A stretch of DNA of 64,000 nt from Candidatus Acidiferrales bacterium (GTDB lineage Bacteria > Patescibacteriota > Microgenomatia > Levybacterales > UBA12049): positions 871 to 64,870 of the forward strand of contig DATLSZ010000031.1 of NCBI GenBank assembly GCA_035533875.1, written 5' to 3'. The notes under the pieces were generated by a model. That model searched no databases. It saw only the letters and a list, made by a program, of their open reading frames with translations, and was not told the DNA's origin. This document shows, piece after piece, positions 37,436 through 45,863 of the stretch. Made by a program: the position numbers and the translations under genes. The number at the start of each line of letters is the position of its first letter. The first letter of the stretch is position 1.

Positions 37436-39198
37436 TTGACTCATATAAAATGATTGAAATAAATATTTTGACAAGTTTGGTGGTCGGTATTGGAATTATT
37501 ATTTACTATTATATATTTCCTAAAAAAAAACCAAAACCTCTGTATCTTCTTATTCTCATTTCTCTACTGCCATTAATTAGTATTCTTCGGAGAGGTACTT
37601 ACGAAAGTGGAGATCTTTCATTTCATATAAAGTTAGCGATGCAATTTTTTGAAAACTTACAACAAGGAATTTTAATCCCTGAATGGATTCCGAGACACTG
37701 TAGCGGATATGGATGCCCAATATTTATCTATATGTTTTTTTTGCCATATTATGTCGTTTCTTTTTTTCATGTTATTGGGTTTTCATTTATTGCAAGCATG
37801 AAATCTTTGATAGCTCTTTCCTTTATTTCCTCTGGTGTTGGTATGTTTCTATGGATAAAAAAAGAACTCGGTGAAAAAGCCGGTTTTACTGCAGCAATAT
37901 TTTATCTCTATGCACCTTATCATCTCATGGATATGCACTTTAGGGTTGATATCGGCGAATTATTATCAATAGCACTTCTTCCTTTTATATTTTTATTTAC
38001 CAAACTTTTTATGGAAACATCCCGGCCTATCTATTTTATCAGCAATGCGGTAGTCTTGGCTCTTTTGATCCTTTCACATCAAGTAACTGCATATGTTACG
38101 TTCCCGCTCGCAATTCTCTATATCATATTTATCTTGAAAAGAAATAAAAAGATAAAATTATCAATTATATTATTTACTTTAACTTCATTTTTATTTGGAC
38201 TTCTCTTATCAAGTTTCTACTGGATTCCGATATTATTTGAAAAGCAGTACATTTTATATAATGCCGATAACATAATTCAATTTATTCCTGTAAGCTACTT
38301 TTTTTATACTCCCGGCCGTTTTGGACTTCTCTATCAGGGACATCATGGAGAATTATATTATAGTATCGGATATACAGAGTGGTTCGTTATCATTTTAAGT
38401 ATATATCTATTACTAAAAAAGAAAATACATGGAATTACCAAAACATTTCTTATAATTAACCTATTATTATTCACAGTATTCTTCTTCATGATGCTGTCAA
38501 TTTCAAACCCTTTATGGCAGCATCTCCCTCTTCTGAAGAGTTTCCAATTCTCATGGAGATTACTTATAGAAGAAATCTTTTTCATCTCAATTATAGCTGG
38601 TATCCTTGTAAAAACAATTAATCAGAATACGTTTACTCTTTTTCTTTGTTCAATCACGGTTCTTTATACCATACTGAATTGGGGTAATAGAACTATGCTG
38701 CCTAATGTTACAGATAAAACCTTAAACAATGAGCTTGTCTTTAAAGAATATCCGGGACAAGTTGATATAACTACTCCAAAGTGGGTTGATCAATACAAGC
38801 CTTGGATTGGGACCGTACCCGAAAACCATATTGACATTTTATCTGGACAAGCAAAAATCAAAGAGCTTGAAAGAATTACTACCAAGCATAAATATATAAT
38901 ATCTACAAAAACGAATGTCAGTCTGAAAGAAAATACGTATTATTATCCAGGATGGGAGGTTTTTATAAATAATCAACAAGTGCCGATTAATTATAGAGAT
39001 AAAAAATATCCTGGTGTTATAATGTTTAATCTTAAAAAAGGATTATATTATATAGATATCGTTTTCAGAGATACCCCAGACAGATTAATTAGTAAGTGGG
39101 TAAGCGGAATTACTGCAATATTTTTGCTTTTATACACAATTTATCTACTAACTATGAGCAATCTACCCAAACGGCTACGATTGTCTCCAAAGCGATAA
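37432..39198 (+). CDS. YfhO/PTPS-related-type polytopic membrane protein (putative GT-C), paralog B
   Basis: 588 aa; collinear with paralog A (LISLLPLISILRRGTYESGD, CSGYGCPIF, SHQVTAY, ENTYYYPGWEVFINNQQVPI). ATGA overlap with A. Confidence 0.6.
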   Translation: MIDSYKMIEINILTSLVVGIGIIIYYYIFPKKKPKPLYLLILISLLPLISILRRGTYESGDLSFHIKLAMQFFENLQQGILIPEWIPRHCSGYGCPIFIYMFFLPYYVVSFFHVIGFSFIASMKSLIALSFISSGVGMFLWIKKELGEKAGFTAAIFYLYAPYHLMDMHFRVDIGELLSIALLPFIFLFTKLFMETSRPIYFISNAVVLALLILSHQVTAYVTFPLAILYIIFILKRNKKIKLSIILFTLTSFLFGLLLSSFYWIPILFEKQYILYNADNIIQFIPVSYFFYTPGRFGLLYQGHHGELYYSIGYTEWFVIILSIYLLLKKKIHGITKTFLIINLLLFTVFFFMMLSISNPLWQHLPLLKSFQFSWRLLIEEIFFISIIAGILVKTINQNTFTLFLCSITVLYTILNWGNRTMLPNVTDKTLNNELVFKEYPGQVDITTPKWVDQYKPWIGTVPENHIDILSGQAKIKELERITTKHKYIISTKTNVSLKENTYYYPGWEVFINNQQVPINYRDKKYPGVIMFNLKKGLYYIDIVFRDTPDRLISKWVSGITAIFLLLYTIYLLTMSNLPKRLRLSPKR

Positions 39199-40197
39199 AT
39201 ATATTGTAACCATTTTTTCCCATGTTTGGTTTTTGACCCACTGATGTCCTTTTTCGATCATTAGCTTTTCTTCCTTGGGATGTTTTAAATAATAGACAAT
39301 TTTCTCTACCAACTTTCTCGGATCATTTTCAATAATAATCCACTTTGCGTACGGAGCCATTCGCAAATAATCTTCTTTTATAGGGTTGTCATAAACTGCA
39401 AAAACTAATCTACGAGCGGCTAAAGCTTCAAGTATTGAGAGATACCGTGATACAAAGGCATAGTGATAATTAACAAAATACTTTTCAGGATCATTTTGAA
39501 AACCAAGTACATTGAATTTTTTTACTAATTTGTCCTTATCTTTTCCATCACCGACAAATGTGAGATCGAATTTGGGATATTTCTTTCGCAAAATTTCAAC
39601 AGTTTTTGCGTACATCATCGCACCTGTTTGATCATCAAGCCTCCCAATAAATACTGCAGAATAGTTATCTTTAATCTTAAATCTTAAATCCTTATTCTCA
39701 TTTATATCCGTTGCTCCATACGATACAAACGCCGGCATCGTCCCATACCATTTCGGAATAAAATCCCCTATACAAATATTCCCCCAAGAAAGTTTCTCAG
39801 AAATTTTTCTCATCCAAATAGCTCTTTTTCTAATCGGAAAGCTCTCATATCCATGAAAGGTTGCATAGACTGGTTTGTGTGGGTAAAGAAAGCGAAATGG
39901 TAAATACCAAAAGAAAACATCATGACAATGTACAACATCTGCACCTTGTATCAATTTTCTCAACCGCAACATCTCTTTCCATATTCTAAATTTTTTAAAC
40001 CAGTTGTTTTTACCAGCATTGATTCTAAAAATTTTAATTGTATCTTTCTCATCTGTTAAACGAGTCTTTTCCGATATCTCTGTAATGACAATCACTTCAT
40101 GTTTGTCTTGTATCAATCTTTTTGATATTTCCATTACATGTTTCTCTACACCGCCGATATGAGGATAGAATCGTCTACACAAAAAAACAATTTTCAT
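39175..40197 (-). CDS. GT4 (GT-B fold) glycosyltransferase
   Basis: MKIVFLCRRFYPHIGGVEKHV N-terminus is typical of GT4. 340 aa. Convergently overlaps 37432..39198 by 24 nt. Confidence 0.65.
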   Translation of the reverse strand: MKIVFLCRRFYPHIGGVEKHVMEISKRLIQDKHEVIVITEISEKTRLTDEKDTIKIFRINAGKNNWFKKFRIWKEMLRLRKLIQGADVVHCHDVFFWYLPFRFLYPHKPVYATFHGYESFPIRKRAIWMRKISEKLSWGNICIGDFIPKWYGTMPAFVSYGATDINENKDLRFKIKDNYSAVFIGRLDDQTGAMMYAKTVEILRKKYPKFDLTFVGDGKDKDKLVKKFNVLGFQNDPEKYFVNYHYAFVSRYLSILEALAARRLVFAVYDNPIKEDYLRMAPYAKWIIIENDPRKLVEKIVYYLKHPKEEKLMIEKGHQWVKNQTWEKMVTIYLSLWRQS

Positions 40198-40257
40198 ATT
40201 GTTTGCATTATACTAGAATAGACACGCAAGAAACAATTTTGTATACTTATCAACAAT

Positions 40258-40995
40258 ATGCGGAAGAAAAAAACAAAATTATATGAGAATTTTCATGATG
40301 ACAGAAAACTGCAAAAGAGAATTATTAACGAGAATAACTTCACATACCGAGAATTAATAAAATTGTTAAATCCATATTTAAATAACGTACACAAAGTACT
40401 GGATATTGGCTCAGGGGTAGGTACGATCGATTTTTACCTGGCATCTAAAGGGAAAAAAGTCACTGGAATTGAAATTTCCGAAAACGCTGTTGAAATAGCG
40501 GGAGCAAATGCACAACTTTTTAATTTGGACAAAAAAATTGAATACATCACTGCGGAATTTCCCAACAAAGTTAAGAATAAAGATTATGATCTTGTGCTAT
40601 TTTCAGAAGTAATAGAACATCTGGAAGATGACGCCAAAGCACTTAATGATATTTGGAAAGTATTAAAACCGGGAGGTATCTTAGTTATTACTACGCCTTC
40701 AAAAAATGCTCCGTTATATCGCATGGGATTGTTAAATAAATTTGATAAAGATGTCGGGCACTTACGACGATATACTTTACTTGAAATAGAAGCATTAGTG
40801 AAAAATAGTGGTTTTAATATTATTAAATCTGGAGTCCATGAAGGCATCTTGAGAAACTTTTTATTTACCAATCCAAGCGCAGGAAAACTACTTAAATTTG
40901 TAAAATGGCAAATTTCAGATATCGTAACGTTAATTGATTATGCAACAATTCAGCTATTTGGAGAATCAAATATCCACCTCATCGCAAAAAAATAA
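40258..40995 (+). CDS. Class I SAM-dependent methyltransferase
   Basis: VLDIGSGVGTIDFYLA, VTGIEISENAV, LFSEVIEHLEDD, LKPGGILVITTP. Confidence 0.8.
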   Translation: MRKKKTKLYENFHDDRKLQKRIINENNFTYRELIKLLNPYLNNVHKVLDIGSGVGTIDFYLASKGKKVTGIEISENAVEIAGANAQLFNLDKKIEYITAEFPNKVKNKDYDLVLFSEVIEHLEDDAKALNDIWKVLKPGGILVITTPSKNAPLYRMGLLNKFDKDVGHLRRYTLLEIEALVKNSGFNIIKSGVHEGILRNFLFTNPSAGKLLKFVKWQISDIVTLIDYATIQLFGESNIHLIAKK

Positions 40996-41045
40996 TATAA
41001 CTACTGTAAAAATATAACTCATCCATTTTGATATGTTTTGTATTC

Positions 41046-41073
41046 TTGACAAATTCTAACTCATCTATATAAG
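41046..41073 (+). promoter_or_regulatory. Candidate sigma70-type promoter for 41083..42984
   Basis: TTGACA at 41046-41051, 16-nt spacer, TATAAG at 41068-41073. The ATG is only 10 nt downstream, so the transcript would be nearly leaderless. Confidence 0.3.
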
Positions 41074-41082
41074 CTATTATAG

Positions 41083-42984
41083 ATGAGCAAAAACTACTAT
41101 AGATTTGACATAAGAACCATTTGTTTTCTTTTTACTTTGTTTTTACTATTTCTTTCTGCGGTTCCTAAAAGCTATGCAAGTGTTCTTTTTGAAGACGATT
41201 TTAATGATACAAATGGTACACAATTATCTGCACATAATCAAAAATGGCAAGGGTATCCGGGACTGAATTATGGAATTATTAATAATAATCAAGTTCAAAG
41301 TAGTAATAACTCTAATTCTAGATATTTTCTTTTTTCATATAATAATCTAACAGATTACTGTGTGCAAGCTAATTTCTCATATCCTTTACCTCAAACGCAA
41401 ATTGGTGATTTCTTTGACCTTAATACTAGAATGAATACAACACAACCAACGCATGACTATAATTTAAGTATAAACACAAATAATAACTTATACTTCAGTA
41501 TAGATTACAGTTTAACACTATTCTCTCAAACTATCAATCTTTCCAGCGGAACACATACTGCAAAGCTTTGTTCTGTTGGCTCCAAACATAGTATTTATAT
41601 TGACAACAACATCATTACTACTGTCACTGATAGTACTTACTCATCAGGTGCTCCAGGATTTGACTTAGGCAATAATACTCCTATAGATAATTTCATAGTT
41701 ACTTCTGCTACCCCAGCCTTTCTCTCCGTACCGTATTTCAATCAGAATTCATTACCCTGGGGAACGACTGAATACGATCATGCGAAAATGCTAGGAGCAA
41801 ATGATTCGACTATGCAGCGTTGGGGATGTGCAGTGACATCTGTTGCTATGGTATTGAACTATCATGGAATCACGCAATTTGCTGATGGAACGCCAATTGA
41901 TCCAGGATCACTGAATGAATGGCTGAACGATCCTAAAAACAATGGCTATTTATATGGATATGGCATGAATGGTTGGTATTCTTATCTCGATTGGGCTTCA
42001 ATCGGCACATTAACCCAAAATTTATATGATGCAGGGAAATCACCAGTAAAGCTAGAGTATAATGCTATCGTTGGCTCGCCAACGCAACAAGCAAAAACAA
42101 CTTTGGATAATGATTTGATGACAGGAAATGATCTTGGTTCATACCCAGATATTCTTTGGGTAAGCAACGCGTCTACTTCTGGACATTTTGTTGTTGCAAA
42201 AGGCGTAGAAGGCAATACTTATACAATAAACGATCCTGAATGGAACGTAACAGATCTTTCATCGTTTAATAATACCTATATGCAAATTGGCCGTTACATC
42301 CCCTCCCACAGTAATCTTAGTTATTTGAATCTTGTCGTAAATCCTGATGTAGAAATACTCGTAACAGATCCTCAAAATCGCAAAACCGGTAACATGATTC
42401 AGAACGGTCAAATGCAGAGTTTTAATGAGATACCTAATGCTTCTTATGAGTTTGCTCCTCCTATTAGCAATCCCGATAATCACGGAAAACTAGAACAATT
42501 AGGAACTGGAGTAAATGAGTTTTTGTTACCCAAACCAATAGATGGTAACTATATTATCACACTATCCAGTAAAACCAATCAGTATTACACTATTAATATT
42601 GCTTCTTTTGAACAAAATGGCATGAATAATCTCAACAAAATATATGGGTTGGTAGATCCGAATATGAATAATAACTTTACGATCGACTTCTCCCAAACCA
42701 ATCAGTCTAGTGCGCATAAATCCGTTACTTTCGAAACTACTATACGAGATATTCAGGATGCTCAAAAATTACATCTTCTCAATAAAGTCATCGCGGACGG
42801 TCTCATAATTACTGTAAAGAATGCTCAAAGACAATTTGGAAAGCATAATGATGTAACTAAAAAACTGCTTGATCTGGGTATTAAACTCCTCAAGCAAAGC
42901 AATAATCATAGTTACGCTATCTCGCCAATTGCATATTCTATACTTCTAGACGACTTTACAACGCTTGAGAGTTCAATCCAATAA
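41083..42984 (+). CDS. Secreted protein: ConA/LamG-like lectin domain + peptidase C39-like (papain-fold) domain + C-terminal region of unknown function
   Basis: Signal peptide (ICFLFTLFLLFLSAVPKSYA/S). N-terminal VLFEDDFND...APGFDLG...IDNFIV has the jelly-roll lectin pattern. The centre, VPYFNQNSLPWG...WGCAVTSVAMVLNYHG...SGHFVVAKG...INDP, matches the C39_2-type Cys/His/Asp arrangement. Confidence 0.55.
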   Translation: MSKNYYRFDIRTICFLFTLFLLFLSAVPKSYASVLFEDDFNDTNGTQLSAHNQKWQGYPGLNYGIINNNQVQSSNNSNSRYFLFSYNNLTDYCVQANFSYPLPQTQIGDFFDLNTRMNTTQPTHDYNLSINTNNNLYFSIDYSLTLFSQTINLSSGTHTAKLCSVGSKHSIYIDNNIITTVTDSTYSSGAPGFDLGNNTPIDNFIVTSATPAFLSVPYFNQNSLPWGTTEYDHAKMLGANDSTMQRWGCAVTSVAMVLNYHGITQFADGTPIDPGSLNEWLNDPKNNGYLYGYGMNGWYSYLDWASIGTLTQNLYDAGKSPVKLEYNAIVGSPTQQAKTTLDNDLMTGNDLGSYPDILWVSNASTSGHFVVAKGVEGNTYTINDPEWNVTDLSSFNNTYMQIGRYIPSHSNLSYLNLVVNPDVEILVTDPQNRKTGNMIQNGQMQSFNEIPNASYEFAPPISNPDNHGKLEQLGTGVNEFLLPKPIDGNYIITLSSKTNQYYTINIASFEQNGMNNLNKIYGLVDPNMNNNFTIDFSQTNQSSAHKSVTFETTIRDIQDAQKLHLLNKVIADGLIITVKNAQRQFGKHNDVTKKLLDLGIKLLKQSNNHSYAISPIAYSILLDDFTTLESSIQ

Positions 42985-43098
42985 GGACTTTCCGTACTCG
43001 TTTCTCCGATAATACTATGCTATACTCTGTTAATATGGGTAGGTTATGATAAATAATTTGCCCTTTTTTTGTTATCCAGTCACATAAAATCCAACATA

Positions 43099-43779
43099 AT
43101 GAAAGTATCAGCGATTGTTCCGGCATATAACGAGGAAAAAAAAATCGGTCATGTACTCGACACATTAACAAAGTGTAAATCAATCGATGAAGTAATATGC
43201 GTCAATGATGGATCAAGCGATAAGACTGCTGAAATTGCAAAATCCTACAAAAAAGTTGTCGTAATTGAGCTGCCAAAAAATTGCGGCAAGGCATATGCAG
43301 TCATGCAGGGTGTAATACAAGCAAAAGGAGATATAATTCTTTTTATCGACGCTGATCTTGTTGGATTAACAGCAAGTAAAATAAATTCTCTTATTGATCC
43401 ACTCAAAGAAGATACGCATGATGCTGCAATTGGATATAAACTTGGCAGTAAATTTGACATATTTTTTATTCCGCTTGGCGGAGAGAGAGCTTATTTTAAA
43501 AAAGACATACTCCCTCTTGCCGAACACGCAAAAGATAAAGGATTTGGGCTAGAATTATATCTCAACTATGCGTTTAAGGAAAAAAGGGTTAAACTTTTGG
43601 GACTAAGAGGTGTATCACATACATTAAAACATGTAAAATATTCTTATAGAAAAGCAGCAACAAATACAGTAACTGAGATTGTTGATATAATTTCTGAAAT
43701 TTTTAAACAAAGAAACCCAGTCAAATTTTTTATCCATGCCTATCTTTACCCTTTTTATATAAAACAACGAGTAAAATAA
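43099..43779 (+). CDS. GT2 glycosyltransferase
   Basis: The ORF track starts at TTG 43069; I prefer ATG 43099 (MKVSAIVPAYNEEKKIG). VNDGSSDKT, FIDADL. Confidence 0.75.
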   Translation: MKVSAIVPAYNEEKKIGHVLDTLTKCKSIDEVICVNDGSSDKTAEIAKSYKKVVVIELPKNCGKAYAVMQGVIQAKGDIILFIDADLVGLTASKINSLIDPLKEDTHDAAIGYKLGSKFDIFFIPLGGERAYFKKDILPLAEHAKDKGFGLELYLNYAFKEKRVKLLGLRGVSHTLKHVKYSYRKAATNTVTEIVDIISEIFKQRNPVKFFIHAYLYPFYIKQRVK

Positions 43780-43850
43780 CTCTTCAAATTTCTAAATGTT
43801 ATCGCTATTGTAGTTTGACGCGCATCATAGTAAAATATACACTACATAGT

Positions 43851-44645
43851 ATGAAAGATAGCTTCTTAAAAGTTTCTGTCGTAATCCCAGTGCACAACGA
43901 GGAAAAATATATCGGACGATGCCTGGACAGCCTCATGAAGCAAAATATCAAACCCGAAGAAATTATTATCGTTGATAATAATTCGACTGACAGTTCTGTA
44001 GAAATCGCAAAAAAATATCCTGTCAGAATAATCAGTGAAAAACAGCAAGGTATCACTCCCGCAAGGAACCGGGGATTTAATGAGGCAAGATTTGATATTA
44101 TTGCTCGAACTGACGCTGATACGATACTTCCAATCAACTGGATAAAACGTATCAAAAATGCTTTTGCAGATGAACAACTAGTAGGTATTTCAGGTCCGGC
44201 TTCCTTTTATGATTTGCCCAAAATTTTTAAACGTTCATGGCAATCGAAAACTACCTCAATCCAGTTTATCAAATCTTATAATTCAATTGTGAGACAAATC
44301 CTCAAACATGATTGCCTGTACGGACCAAACCTAGCTATCCGAAAAAATGAGTGGAATAAAATTAAAAATTCGGTATGTCTTGATGACAGTAAAGTCCATG
44401 AGGATATTGACTTAGCAATTCACCTTGCTCCACTGGGAAAAATTAAATTTATCCGTACATTGACGGTAAAAACATCTGTTAGACGGTGGAAGAGGCCGGA
44501 AGCGTATATAGAATACCTCTACAGAGGCTTGAAGTCCATACAAAGGCATAAACAGCTTGCAGTGAAACAGCGAAGCAAGCAGTTCGTTAAAAAAGTTGTT
44601 GAGAAAGCATTCTTTTTTGACCAAATACCTTCAGATTTTAAGTGA
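43851..44645 (+). CDS. GT2 glycosyltransferase
   Basis: The ORF track starts at TTG 43815; I prefer ATG 43851 (MKDSFLKVSVVIPVHNEEKYIGRCL). IIVDNNSTDSS, RTDADT. Confidence 0.75.
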   Translation: MKDSFLKVSVVIPVHNEEKYIGRCLDSLMKQNIKPEEIIIVDNNSTDSSVEIAKKYPVRIISEKQQGITPARNRGFNEARFDIIARTDADTILPINWIKRIKNAFADEQLVGISGPASFYDLPKIFKRSWQSKTTSIQFIKSYNSIVRQILKHDCLYGPNLAIRKNEWNKIKNSVCLDDSKVHEDIDLAIHLAPLGKIKFIRTLTVKTSVRRWKRPEAYIEYLYRGLKSIQRHKQLAVKQRSKQFVKKVVEKAFFFDQIPSDFK

Positions 44646-44653
44646 CGGGAATT

Positions 44654-45700
44654 TCAACTATATAACGAGTTATAATAAGAAAGCAATTTACTTCCTACCT
44701 CTTCAATAGAAAAATCTTTCGCAAGAGACAAGCTCAAGTCCTGTGCTTTATTATATTCTTTCTTGTCAGATTTTAATTTTTTAATTATTTCTACAAACTG
44801 AGCATTTGTTTGACAGGCATAATAACTCTTGTTATAGAGATAACGATATTCAGTCAGATCCCGTAAGATAAGGGGTAATCCACACGCCGCAGCCTCAATA
44901 ATTACCAACCCTTGGGTTTCCTGATAGGAAGGAAAAAATAATATATCCGCTATATTAAAAAGCTCTGGCATTTCTTCATATGGAAAATTTCCTAACAAAG
45001 AAAGATTTTTAGGCAGCTTCTTTTTCAAAAAAGATTTTTCTATTCCAGCGTGGATGAGACTTGCCGAATTTCCTCCAACCCAAACGAATTTGTAAAATGG
45101 AAGTTCTTTTGCAACAGCAATAAAATCTTTTATTCCTTTTCGTTGTATTAATTGCCCCGCTCCCAATATAACAAATTCATCTTCTTTGATACCAAATCTT
45201 TTCCTTACTTTTTTTCTTAATTGTTTGTCTTGTTTAAAAAAATGAGTATCGACAGGATTTGCAACAATAGCCATATTTTTTGTAACTCCGAGTTTTTTCA
45301 ATTCTTCCTCGATTAACGAACTAAACGGTAAAATTAAATCTGCTCTATTATAAAAAAATGTGAGATATTTTTTGAATATACCGCCCCAATATTGACTGCC
45401 TTTAAAGGTACCTACCATAGTCGCAGGAAGTGTATGTGAACTGACTACGGTACGTTTGCTGGTAAGTAATTTATATAACGCAAATAATCCAAGGCTGTGT
45501 ATGTGCGTTATATCAGCTCCACCAAAAGAGTTAATTTTAACGGATATATTATTTTTGCGGAGAAGATTGACATGATTGGTAAACGCGATATGCATTCCCC
45601 GGAAGAAATTTGGGAAATATTTAGATTCAGAAATAACATTTATAGTCATAGATAGCGATTTATCAAAACCAACATTTGTGACGCATATGTTATTTTCCAA
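44654..45700 (-). CDS. GT4 (GT-B fold) glycosyltransferase
   Basis: C-terminal EX7E region FPSYQETQGLVIIEAAACGLP; 348 aa. Confidence 0.75.
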   Translation of the reverse strand: MENNICVTNVGFDKSLSMTINVISESKYFPNFFRGMHIAFTNHVNLLRKNNISVKINSFGGADITHIHSLGLFALYKLLTSKRTVVSSHTLPATMVGTFKGSQYWGGIFKKYLTFFYNRADLILPFSSLIEEELKKLGVTKNMAIVANPVDTHFFKQDKQLRKKVRKRFGIKEDEFVILGAGQLIQRKGIKDFIAVAKELPFYKFVWVGGNSASLIHAGIEKSFLKKKLPKNLSLLGNFPYEEMPELFNIADILFFPSYQETQGLVIIEAAACGLPLILRDLTEYRYLYNKSYYACQTNAQFVEIIKKLKSDKKEYNKAQDLSLSLAKDFSIEEVGSKLLSYYNSLYS

Positions 45701-45726
45701 ATATACTGGTTAATATACTTGGTAAG

Positions 45727-45800
45727 TGGCCATTGAGGGATTCGAACCTTCGACCTTTCGAATGTGAATCGAACGCTCTAACCAACTGAGCTAAATGGCC
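45727..45800 (-). tRNA. tRNA-Val (anticodon CAC)
   Basis: Hand-folded from the reverse complement: acceptor GGCCATT/AATGGCC, D-arm GCTC-AGTTGGTTA-GAGC, anticodon arm TTCGA-TTCACAT-TCGAA (CAC), variable AGGTC, T-arm GAAGG-TTCGAAT-CCCTC (one A.C mismatch), discriminator A. CCA is not encoded. Confidence 0.9.
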
Positions 45801-45863
45801 AGTAAAACTTATTCTACCATATTATCGTTGACAAATGAGGCTTCAAATTGAGATAATCAACAG

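Noticed and set aside
45701-45863. Integrase, attachment site or IS element next to tRNA-Val that would define a mobile genomic island
   Set aside because: No integrase, recombinase or transposase ORF appears anywhere in the 64 kb, and I saw no duplicate of the tRNA 3' end. Only the composition and boundary observation is retained.
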